From the NCBI GenBank assembly GCA_021731565.1, contig JAKFXD010000098.1, positions 2,672-66,671 on the forward strand: DNA of 64,000 bases, in the 5' to 3' direction. Below are positions 1 to 11,238 of this stretch, piece by piece. Source of the stretch: Methylocystis sp. Its GTDB lineage: Bacteria > Pseudomonadota > Alphaproteobacteria > Rhizobiales > Beijerinckiaceae. Position 1 is the first letter of the stretch. Each line of letters begins with the position of its first letter. Made by a program: the position numbers and the translations under genes. Under the pieces are notes generated by a model, which searched no databases, had not been told where the DNA came from, and saw only the letters and a list, made by a program, of their open reading frames with translations.

Positions 1-1228
1 AAATGTAGAGAGGCCGGGCCTTGCCCTCAACCACTTCCGGTCCGATCACAACCTGTTCTACGCCCTCCAACCCTGGCAGATCGAACATTGTGTCTAGCAA
101 GATTCCTTCCATGATCGAGCGCAGGCCGCGCGCGCCGGTGTGGCGTTCGATCGCCTTGCGGGCGACGGACGACAGCGCGTCGTCCTGGAAGGTGAGTTCG
201 ACGTTTTCCATCTCGAAGAGCCGCTGATACTGCTTGACCAGCGCGTTCTTGGGCTCGGTGAGAATGCGCTTCAGCGCCTCCTCGTCGAGGTCTTCGAGCG
301 TCGCGATGACCGGAAGGCGGCCGACGAATTCAGGAATAAGTCCAAACTTCAGCAGGTCTTCGGGCTGCACCTGCCTGAAAATGTCGCCGGTGCGTCGTTC
401 GTCGGGCGCCTGCACGGTCGCCGCGAAGCCGATCGACGTGTTGCGGCCGCGGGCGGAAATGATCTTTTCGAGCCCTGCGAAAGCGCCGCCGCAGATGAAG
501 AGGATGTTCGTCGTGTCGACCTGCAGGAACTCCTGCTGAGGATGCTTGCGTCCGCCCTGCGGCGGCACGGAGGCGATGGTGCCCTCCATGATTTTCAGGA
601 GCGCCTGCTGCACGCCTTCGCCCGAGACGTCGCGGGTGATCGACGGGTTGTCGGACTTGCGGGAAATCTTGTCGATTTCGTCGACATAGACGATGCCGCG
701 CTGGGCGCGTTCGACATTATAGTCCGACGCCTGAAGAAGCTTGAGGATGATGTTCTCGACATCCTCGCCGACATAGCCCGCCTCGGTCAGGGTGGTGGCG
801 TCGGCCATGGTGAAGGGCACGTCGAGAATGCGGGCGAGAGTCTGCGCCAGCATGGTCTTGCCGACGCCGGTCGGTCCGACCAGCAGAATATTGGACTTCG
901 CGAGCTCCACGTCGCCGTGTTTGGTCGCGTGGTTGAGGCGCTTGTAATGGTTGTGGACGGCGACCGAGAGAACCCGCTTCGCCTGGGCCTGGCCGATCAC
1001 ATAGTCGTCCAGCACCTTGCAAATCTCTCGCGGGGTCGGAATGCCGTCGCGCTGCTTGACCAGCGAGGATTTGTTCTCCTCGCGAATGATGTCCATGCAC
1101 AGTTCGACGCATTCGTCGCAGATGAACACCGTCGGGCCGGCGATGAGCTTACGCACCTCATGCTGGCTCTTGCCGCAGAAGGAGCAGTAAAGCGTGTTCT
1201 TGGAATCGCCGCCGCCGACCTTGCTCAT
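1..1228 (-). CDS. clpX: ATP-dependent Clp protease ATP-binding subunit ClpX (3' end runs off the window)
   Basis: Reverse strand from ATG at 1228 reads [32 protein letters not shown] (C4 zinc finger), with Walker A GPTGVGKT and YIDEIDK. AGGAG RBS upstream. Absent from the ORF track because it has no stop in the window. Confidence 0.97.
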   Translation of the reverse strand, partial: MSKVGGGDSKNTLYCSFCGKSQHEVRKLIAGPTVFICDECVELCMDIIREENKSSLVKQRDGIPTPREICKVLDDYVIGQAQAKRVLSVAVHNHYKRLNHATKHGDVELAKSNILLVGPTGVGKTMLAQTLARILDVPFTMADATTLTEAGYVGEDVENIILKLLQASDYNVERAQRGIVYVDEIDKISRKSDNPSITRDVSGEGVQQALLKIMEGTIASVPPQGGRKHPQQEFLQVDTTNILFICGGAFAGLEKIISARGRNTSIGFAATVQAPDERRTGDIFRQVQPEDLLKFGLIPEFVGRLPVIATLEDLDEEALKRILTEPKNALVKQYQRLFEMENVELTFQDDALSSVARKAIERHTGARGLRSIMEGILLDTMFDLPGLEGVEQVVIGPEVVEGKARPLYI

Positions 1229-1477
1229 CTTATTCTCCTATCGGGCCGGCCTGCCGGGCGAATCGGCCCGAACATCTGTGATACCGGCGGCAAACTAACA
1301 AAAGGTGGAAGCGGTTGGCGTTCCCGCTCCTCATCCTTTCCGGCTCCCAATCCATCGTTTCGGTCGTCAGCGACGAGCGCCCGAGAACCATGACTGGTTA
1401 GTGTATTTTAGACGACGGTCAAATTGCAACCTTCGCCGGAAATTCGGTCAAAGCAAAAATGGCGCCCGGTCCGCCGG

Positions 1478-2698
1478 CTAGGCCGAGAGGATTTTGGGAA
1501 CCCGGTTGAGCCGCAACCGATAGGCGTCCGGCATGCCGCTGCCGAGCAAGGGGCGCAGATAGAGCCGGAAGGCGTCGGTGACGTCCGTGCCGCAGGGGCT
1601 AATGTATTCGTCCGCCATCACTTTTGTCTTCGCGGCGATCTCTTCAAGCGGCGTCAGCCGATAGTCGACGGAATAAAAGCCGGTCCGGTGGATCGTCACC
1701 GAGCCGTCGCGATCGCCCCAGATGGCGTATTGCACGGCCTTCTCGCCGACTTCGCGCGCCTCGCGCTGGTCAACGTCGGAGACGCAGCCGACGAAGCTCC
1801 TCTGCACATAGCCGAAAGTGTCGGCGCGCACCCGCTTGAACCCGAGCCGGTCCTTCACCAGCCGGGTGAGTTCGTCGGCGAGCGCGCCGCCGCCGAGATG
1901 GACATTGCCGTGATCGTCCCGCTCGACCATTTTGGCGAGTTTCTCGGCGATCGGCGTATGGTTCTCGTCGCAGACGCCCTCGGACACCGCGACCACGCAG
2001 CGGCCGTATTTCGTCATCGTCGCCTTCACGTCGGCCAGGAATTTATCGACGATGAAGGCGCGCTCGGGAATATAGATGAGGTGCGGGCCGTCGTCGGGAA
2101 ACTTCTTGCCGAGCGCCGAGGCGGCGGTCAGAAATCCGGCGTGGCGGCCCATGACGACGGCGATATAGACGCCGGGCAGGGCCCAGTTGTCGAGATTGGC
2201 GCCGGCGAAGGCCTGCGCCACCCAGCGCGCCGCCGAGGGAAATCCCGGCGTGTGGTCGTTGACCACCAGGTCATTGTCGATGGTTTTCGGAATGTGGATA
2301 GTCCGCAGCGGATAATTGGCCTTCATCGCCTCCTGCGAGACGATGCGCACCGTATCGGACGAATCATTGCCGCCGATATAGAAGAAGCAGCCGATTCCAT
2401 GCGCGCGCAGGACGCGAAAAATATCCTGGCAATATTTGAGGTCCGGCTTGTCGCGGGTCGAGCCGAGCGCCGAAGACGGGGTGCAGGCGACGAGTTCGAG
2501 ATTGTGGGTCGTCTCCTGAGTGAGGTCGACGAAATCCTCATTGACGATGCCGCGCACCCCGTGGAACGCGCCATAGACCCGCTCGACCTCGCGAAATTTG
2601 CGCGACTCCAGCACGGCGCCGACGAGCGACTGGTTGATGACGGCGGTGGGGCCGCCGCCCTGGGCGACGAGCACTTTGGAATAATCTATGGCGGTCAC
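1478..2698 (-). CDS. pfp: 6-phosphofructokinase, probably pyrophosphate-dependent
   Basis: Motifs QGGGPTAVIN, GGNDS, PKTIDND and MGRHAG. Asp in GGND and Lys in PKT are the PPi-type signature. Start placed at GTG 2698 behind an AGGAG RBS. Confidence 0.88.
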   Translation of the reverse strand: MTAIDYSKVLVAQGGGPTAVINQSLVGAVLESRKFREVERVYGAFHGVRGIVNEDFVDLTQETTHNLELVACTPSSALGSTRDKPDLKYCQDIFRVLRAHGIGCFFYIGGNDSSDTVRIVSQEAMKANYPLRTIHIPKTIDNDLVVNDHTPGFPSAARWVAQAFAGANLDNWALPGVYIAVVMGRHAGFLTAASALGKKFPDDGPHLIYIPERAFIVDKFLADVKATMTKYGRCVVAVSEGVCDENHTPIAEKLAKMVERDDHGNVHLGGGALADELTRLVKDRLGFKRVRADTFGYVQRSFVGCVSDVDQREAREVGEKAVQYAIWGDRDGSVTIHRTGFYSVDYRLTPLEEIAAKTKVMADEYISPCGTDVTDAFRLYLRPLLGSGMPDAYRLRLNRVPKILSA

Positions 2699-2807
2699 GA
2701 CAGCTCCTGGGAACCTGCGGCGCTTTCCCACGATCGCAGGACGGCGGCGCTTCAATCGCGCCGCGCTTATATTCTCGGGCGCGGGGCGGTTCAAATCGAT
2801 CCGACGG

Positions 2808-3221
2808 TTATTCCAAGGATTTGCTCGCGCAGACTTTGGCGAAGAGCCCGTCGTAATAGGGCGGAACCGGCGACCATCCGTCTTTCGCCGGATAGGGCTT
2901 GACGATCTTGCCTTCGCCCATCTGGCCTTGCCGCCAGGCACCGCCCTCGGACCGGTATTTGCGATTGACGCAGTCGAACGACGCCGTCTCGATTTCCGAC
3001 AGGCCCTTGTCGGCAAGGCCGAAGGCGGCGGCTTGCGGCGAGGCGGCGTTGTAATCGGTGAGCGCGTCGACCGTGACGATTCCGTTGGGCGACGTGCGGC
3101 GGGAGGCGAGGTCCATATAGACGGTCGAAAAACCGTCGCTGGAAACCGGCGCCCAATCGACGCGGGCCGAAGCGGAAGACGCCAGCGTCGACATCAGAGC
3201 CGACACGCCGATCTTCCACAT
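2808..3221 (-). CDS. Small secreted protein, surface-adhesin E-like
   Basis: Signal peptide MWKIGVSALMSTLASSASA, then W..VS, YMDLAS, FDC and W.PVPP patterns typical of this family. Start may be 3233. Confidence 0.55.
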   Translation of the reverse strand: MWKIGVSALMSTLASSASARVDWAPVSSDGFSTVYMDLASRRTSPNGIVTVDALTDYNAASPQAAAFGLADKGLSEIETASFDCVNRKYRSEGGAWRQGQMGEGKIVKPYPAKDGWSPVPPYYDGLFAKVCASKSLE

Positions 3222-3240
3222 GGCTGTCCTCATCTTCGAT

Positions 3241-6066
<2,826 letters not shown>

Positions 6067-6311
6067 CCTTGCGAACCTTTCTCCCCGCGCAGCGTCTGCC
6101 GCCTTCTCGGCGCGCCGGGTGACGGCGGCCGGCGGAGCGTCGCTTAATGCATGAATAACATACGCCTGCGACATCGCCCCAATGGCGGGGCGCCGAGACC
6201 GACGCGGCGTTTCCGCCGGAGAGATAGGAGCCCCCGGAAACCTTGTCAATGTAAGGGATTTGGCGGCGCGGCGTCCCGGTCCCGTTGCCCCTGCCGCGTC
6301 CTTGAGCCATC

Positions 6312-6797
6312 ATGCGGGGGCCGCCGGAGGACGCCGTCGTGGAAGATTCGGCCAAGGTGAGAATTTTGCCCCCGATTGTGCTTGCCTCAACTCTGGCGGC
6401 GGGCCTTGGGATCGGCTGGTTCGCGCCCGCGCCGATCCTTGACAGGGGCGCCGCCATAATTCTTGGCGCTTTGGCGGTGACCTGTTCGGTCGCGCTTGTC
6501 CTGTCCGCTCTTTTCGAACTACGGCGGGCCGGCACCGCGTTCGACGTGCGCAAATCGTCGACGGCGCTGGTCACGACCGGCGCCTACGCCGTGAGCCGTA
6601 ACCCGACCTACCTCTCGATGGTGATGCTGTTCGTCGGCGTGGCTTTCCTGGCCAACTCCTGGTGGACGCTGCTGCTCGCCGCGCCGCTCGGAAGCGCGCT
6701 CTGTCGTCTCGCGATCCTACCCGAAGAGGCCTATCTCGCGGCGAAATTCGGGAAGACCTACGAAGCTTATCGCGCGCGCGTGCGGCGCTGGGCGTAA
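6312..6797 (+). CDS. Isoprenylcysteine carboxylmethyltransferase / PEMT family membrane protein
   Basis: LVTTGAYAVSRNPTY and PEEAYLAAKFGKTYEAYRARVRRW, with several TM helices. Confidence 0.85.
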   Translation: MRGPPEDAVVEDSAKVRILPPIVLASTLAAGLGIGWFAPAPILDRGAAIILGALAVTCSVALVLSALFELRRAGTAFDVRKSSTALVTTGAYAVSRNPTYLSMVMLFVGVAFLANSWWTLLLAAPLGSALCRLAILPEEAYLAAKFGKTYEAYRARVRRWA

Positions 6798-6805
6798 GCC
6801 GGCGG

Positions 6806-7777
6806 TTACGGCGCCTCGTTTATCGACCTGAATGGCGTCGGCATCCGCCCGCTTTTCACCAGCCTGGAGAAAATTTTCAGGCCGCCCGGCTCATTGCCGT
6901 TGGGGTGGACCAGCATGATCGAGCCGGGCCGCGGCGGAGGGCCGAGCGCCAGCCAGGAGTCGGCGCCGAGCGCGATGAGATGGCGGCTCCGCACATGCTC
7001 CAGCAGCGCGGCGTCGGCGACGAGACCCGGAAAGCGAAAAAACACCGACGGCGTTTCTCCCTCGGCGATGATGAGCCGCTCGGTCTCGAAAATCTCGCGA
7101 TCGACGTCCACGCCCGGCCGCAGGAAGTAATTCCGCCCGTCCGGAAGGCGGCGAACATAGGGATGGCTGTAGGAATGATTGGCCCATGTGATGGCGAGCG
7201 CGCCGATCCGCTCCTTCTCGCGCAGCCAGGCGAAGTCGGCGCCGTGGCGGGCGATCCAGCCGCCGGAGACGGCGAGCATCACGGGCGTGCGCGGCCCCTG
7301 CGCGGCGAGTTCTTCGAAAAAGGCGCGGTCCAGCGGCTTGCGGCTCGGGCAGAGGTCGCCGGTGACAAAGGCGCCGCCGCCGGCGCCGTGAATGAGGCCG
7401 GCGTTGACGAGCGCCGGCGGACGCGAGGGGTCCTGCGGCGGATGCAGCGCCTGGAGATAGCGCGTCTCGGCCTGTTCGGCGTCGCTCGTCTCTTCGCAGC
7501 GCCAGCATGAAGCGCGCTCCAGCGAGGTCTGCAACGATTGCGGATCGACGGTGAGAATCAGCGGCGTATCGTCGACGCTCATCCGCCGGATGGCGAGTCG
7601 CGACTCGCCGCCGCCGTTAGCGCAGAGTTCGAAGATCGGCGCATAATCGCGCACCCGCGCGCCGGTCGGCGCAGGCCCTGGCGCGATGGCGACGGGCGCG
7701 CAGGACTCATCTTCGCCGCGGGCCGTTGCGGCGCAGGCGACGCAGGCCCACACTAGCAGGACGAGGACGGGTCTCAC
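6806..7777 (-). CDS. Secreted polysaccharide deacetylase-family protein
   Basis: Signal peptide, then NodB-like motifs TGDLCPS, NHSYSH, FRFPG and LVHPNG. Start estimated at GTG 7777. Confidence 0.7.
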   Translation of the reverse strand: MRPVLVLLVWACVACAATARGEDESCAPVAIAPGPAPTGARVRDYAPIFELCANGGGESRLAIRRMSVDDTPLILTVDPQSLQTSLERASCWRCEETSDAEQAETRYLQALHPPQDPSRPPALVNAGLIHGAGGGAFVTGDLCPSRKPLDRAFFEELAAQGPRTPVMLAVSGGWIARHGADFAWLREKERIGALAITWANHSYSHPYVRRLPDGRNYFLRPGVDVDREIFETERLIIAEGETPSVFFRFPGLVADAALLEHVRSRHLIALGADSWLALGPPPRPGSIMLVHPNGNEPGGLKIFSRLVKSGRMPTPFRSINEAP

Positions 7778-7783
7778 GACGCG

Positions 7784-8218
7784 ATGATGATCAAAAACGA
7801 AGAGATTGAGAAGATCGTTCTTACGCTCGAACCCATGGAGTCGGCCGAGCTTGCGGCGAGGCTCGGCGAAGACATCGCGGTCCGGTTCGGGCCGCGCGAT
7901 GATACGCCTGTTTCGATTGCCGCGCATGATGCGCATGGGACTCTCGTCGCCGGCCTGAACGGCGTGTCGCATTGGCGTTGGTTCTATGTTCGCCACCTGT
8001 GGGTCGAGCAATCTCAGCGCGGGCGTGGCCTGGGGCGCCGGCTGATGGCGGAAGCCGAGCGGATCGCCAGGGAGCGCGGCTGCGTCGGGCTCTATGTCGA
8101 CACATTCGATCCGCAGGCGGCCGCCTTTTACGAAACGCTCGGCTTTGCCCGCGTGGGCGAGATCGCGGATTTTCCGCCCGGCCATGCGCGGCTTTTCTTC
8201 AGAAGGCCGCTGCAATGA
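7784..8218 (+). CDS. GNAT family N-acetyltransferase
   Basis: LWVEQSQRGRGLGRRLM (motif A) and AAAFYETLGF. Confidence 0.88.
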   Translation: MMIKNEEIEKIVLTLEPMESAELAARLGEDIAVRFGPRDDTPVSIAAHDAHGTLVAGLNGVSHWRWFYVRHLWVEQSQRGRGLGRRLMAEAERIARERGCVGLYVDTFDPQAAAFYETLGFARVGEIADFPPGHARLFFRRPLQ

Positions 8219-9210
8219 CGGGGATGATGTCGGCGATGGTTCTGCCGGCGCCCCATGCGCCGCTGGTCCTGGAGGAGCGGCCCGCGCCGTCGCCGGAGCC
8301 CGGCGAAGTGCGGCTCATGGTCGAGGCTTGCGGCGTTTGCCGGACCGATCTTCATGTCGTTGACGGCGAACTGACGCAGCCGAAGCTGCCCCTCATTCCG
8401 GGCCATGAAATCGTCGGGCGCGTCGATGCGATCGGCGCCGGCGTGACCGGCGCGCTGCTCGGGCGGCGGGTCGGCGTTCCCTGGCTCGGCCACACCTGTG
8501 GACGTTGCCCCTATTGCATGAGCGCGCGCGAAAACCTGTGCGACGAGCCGCTCTTTACCGGCTATACGCGCGACGGCGGCTATGCGACCCACGTCGTCGC
8601 CGACGCATCCTACTGCTTCCCCTTGCCGGAAAGCGGCGATCCGGCGACGCTGGCGCCGCTGCTGTGCGCCGGTCTCATCGGCTGGCGCACATTGAAGATG
8701 GCGGGGCCGGCGGAAGCGATCGGCATCTATGGCTTCGGCGCCGCAGCCCATATCGTCGCCCAGGTCGCGATCGCTCAGGGCAAGCGCGTTCACGCCTTCG
8801 TTCGGCCGGGCGATCGCGCCGCCGCCGGTTTCGCGCTGTCGCTTGGCGCGGCGTCGGCGCAGGATTCGGACGCGCCGTCGCCGGAGCCGCTCGACGCCGC
8901 GCTGATCTTCGCGCCGGTCGGCGCGCTGATTCCGCGCGCGCTCGCCGCCACGAAGAAGGGCGGCGCCGTCGTCTGCGGCGGCATTCACATGAGCGACATT
9001 CCGAGCTTTCCCTACGCGCTGCTCTGGGAGGAGCGGCGGCTGCTTTCGGTGGCCAATCTCACGCGCGAAGACGCGCGCGAATTTCTCGCGCTGGCGCCGA
9101 CGCTGCCGCTGAACATGCATGTGACGCGCTATCCGCTGGCGCAGGCCAATGCGGCGCTCGCCGATCTGCGCGAGGGCCGGCTGCAGGGCGCGGCCGTGCT
9201 GATTCCATAG
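8215..9210 (+). CDS. Zinc-binding alcohol dehydrogenase family protein
   Basis: CGVCRTDLH, PGHEIVG, structural Zn motif CGRCPYC..ENLC, and GIYGFG. ATG overlaps the GNAT stop codon. Confidence 0.92.
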   Translation: MTGMMSAMVLPAPHAPLVLEERPAPSPEPGEVRLMVEACGVCRTDLHVVDGELTQPKLPLIPGHEIVGRVDAIGAGVTGALLGRRVGVPWLGHTCGRCPYCMSARENLCDEPLFTGYTRDGGYATHVVADASYCFPLPESGDPATLAPLLCAGLIGWRTLKMAGPAEAIGIYGFGAAAHIVAQVAIAQGKRVHAFVRPGDRAAAGFALSLGAASAQDSDAPSPEPLDAALIFAPVGALIPRALAATKKGGAVVCGGIHMSDIPSFPYALLWEERRLLSVANLTREDAREFLALAPTLPLNMHVTRYPLAQANAALADLREGRLQGAAVLIP

Positions 9211-9223
9211 CTCGACCTATGGC

Positions 9224-9305
9224 CGTCATTGCGAGGCGCACAAGCGCGAAGCAATCCATTCTGTTGCGCGATTCTGGATTGCTTCGCCTACGGCTCGCAA
9301 TGACG
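9224..9305. repeat. Palindromic intergenic element (RPE/REP-like)
   Basis: CGTCATTGCGAG...GCGAAGCAATCCA...TGGATTGCTTCGC...CTCGCAATGACG: nested inverted repeats between convergent genes. Confidence 0.85.
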
Positions 9306-9319
9306 ACGCACACAGCCCG

Positions 9320-10828
9320 TCATTCCGGTATGGCCAAGGCGCGGCGGGACTCAAAAGCCTTCTTGATCTCGGCGGCGACTGTCCCGGAATCTTTCGAGGC
9401 GTCGACCTTCCGCCATTCGATCGCGCCGGTCGCTTTCTCCATTTGCGCCTCGAGCACGTCGCGCGTGGCGTCGGACACGTCATTGACGCGCGCGTCGACG
9501 CGCGCCGCGCGCCGCGCCAGATCGAGATCGAGCCACACGCCAAGGAACGGCGCGTGCGCACGTTCGGCCGCGGTTCTGATCGCTTCACGGTCTTCAGGAC
9601 GATCGAAGACGGCGTCGACGATGACCGGCCAGCCGAGCGCGGCCGTTCGCGCCGCCGAATCGAATATTTCGCCATAGACCTTCGCCGACACTTCGCTCGC
9701 ATAGGCTTCCTGCGGCAGACGCGCGGTCGGCGGAACGCCAAAGAGCCGCTTGCGGATTCGGTCGCTGTTGACGACGCGCGCGCCGGGCGCGCATCCGATC
9801 AATGGCGCGAGCGCTGCGGCGACGCTCGACTTGCCCGAACCGCTGAGGCCGCCGATCGCGATAACGGCGCCTTTGGCCGGCGCGAGCAGCGTCATCGCGA
9901 GACCGAAGTAGAGGCGCGCGCGTTCGGCGTTTCCCTGCGAGGCTTCGACATGGGCGCGTATCGCGGCGCGCAGCGACATGAAAAAGGGGAGCAGCGGCAG
10001 GCCGTCGGTCTCGTCGCGCGCGTCGAGATAGCGGTTGAAGGCAAGGTTTGCGAAGGCTGGCCAGCCCGCCCGCCAAAAATCCATCAGCAGGAAGCCGATG
10101 TCGTAGAGCACGTCGATGGTCGCCATCTCATCGTCGAACTCGAGACAGTCGAAGAGCGTCGGCGCGCCGTCGAACAGACAGATGTTGCGCAGCGTCAGAT
10201 CGCCGTGGCAGCGGCGCACCTTGCCCTGCGCCTTGCGCCGGTCAAGTAGCGCTGATTGCGCATCCAGCGCATCGCCGAGCCGCGCGACGAGCGCGTCGAT
10301 CTCTTCCGCGCTTGCGGCCCCCGCATGGCGCAGGCTCTGAGCCGTGTCGTCCAGCGTTCGGCGCATCGCCGCCGCGCCGCCTCTCGCCTCGTCCGGCAGC
10401 GCTTCGTCATGAGTCTTGGCGATGCGACGCGCGAGCGACTCCACCATGTCGCGCGTCAGGCGGCCGTCCTTGGCGATCTGTTCCAGGAGATCGTCGTCGG
10501 CGAAGCGCCGCATGACGACCACCGCGTCGATCGCCTCGCCTGCGCCATCGAGCGCCAGACTGCCGTCCGCCTCGCGGGTCACGCGATGCGCGCCGAGATA
10601 AAGTTCGGGCGCAAAGCGCATGTTGAGCGCCGCTTCGCGTTCGCACATTTCCAATCGGCGGCCCGGCGTCGAGAAGTCGAGATAGGAGAATCGCACCGCC
10701 TTCTTCAGCTTAAAGGCGCGCGTTCGGCACAGCGCGACGACGGAAATGTGAGTCGTGGCGATCCGTTCCGCGCCGCCGTCCAGCGAGGCGAGAAAGCGCA
10801 CGACCGCATCCTGGGCGCCAAAATCCAT
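9320..10828 (-). CDS. Bifunctional aminoglycoside phosphotransferase-like / AAA_33 kinase protein
   Basis: THIS, CHGDLTLRNI and FDCLEF in the kinase domain; P-loop GGLSGSGKS and SDRIRK. Confidence 0.9.
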   Translation of the reverse strand: MDFGAQDAVVRFLASLDGGAERIATTHISVVALCRTRAFKLKKAVRFSYLDFSTPGRRLEMCEREAALNMRFAPELYLGAHRVTREADGSLALDGAGEAIDAVVVMRRFADDDLLEQIAKDGRLTRDMVESLARRIAKTHDEALPDEARGGAAAMRRTLDDTAQSLRHAGAASAEEIDALVARLGDALDAQSALLDRRKAQGKVRRCHGDLTLRNICLFDGAPTLFDCLEFDDEMATIDVLYDIGFLLMDFWRAGWPAFANLAFNRYLDARDETDGLPLLPFFMSLRAAIRAHVEASQGNAERARLYFGLAMTLLAPAKGAVIAIGGLSGSGKSSVAAALAPLIGCAPGARVVNSDRIRKRLFGVPPTARLPQEAYASEVSAKVYGEIFDSAARTAALGWPVIVDAVFDRPEDREAIRTAAERAHAPFLGVWLDLDLARRAARVDARVNDVSDATRDVLEAQMEKATGAIEWRKVDASKDSGTVAAEIKKAFESRRALAIPE

Positions 10829-10899
10829 TTTGCGCCTCGACTTCGCCCCGCTAAAGGCCTGCCGCCCAACGTCCGAGCCTTCCGGCGTCCGGATCAGGC

Positions 10900-11142
10900 T
10901 TATTCCATGCCCAGCGCGGAAAGATAAAGGTCGAGGATTTCCTCCTCCTCCTGGCGCTTGTGCTTATCCAGCCGGCGCAGCGACACGATTTTGCGCATCA
11001 CCCTGGGGTCGAACCCCGTTCCCTTCGCTTCCGCGTAGACGTCCTTGATGTCGTCGGCGATGGCGCGCTTCTCCTCTTCGAGCTTCTCGACTCGCTCGAT
11101 AAAGGCGCGCAAATGTCCGCCGTCGACGGCGTTGCTGACCAT
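10900..11142 (-). CDS. DUF2312 / GapR-like nucleoid-associated protein
   Basis: [35 protein letters not shown]...[11 protein letters not shown]. Start may be 11148. Confidence 0.9.
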   Translation of the reverse strand: MVSNAVDGGHLRAFIERVEKLEEEKRAIADDIKDVYAEAKGTGFDPRVMRKIVSLRRLDKHKRQEEEEILDLYLSALGME

Positions 11143-11238
11143 GTGCATGTCCCGAGGCTGCTTCCGGACGGGCGAGGATGCGCGCCGGCTGCCGGAGCCT
11201 TGCGACAAACCAGCCGGCCCCGTCAAGGCGGGAATCGA

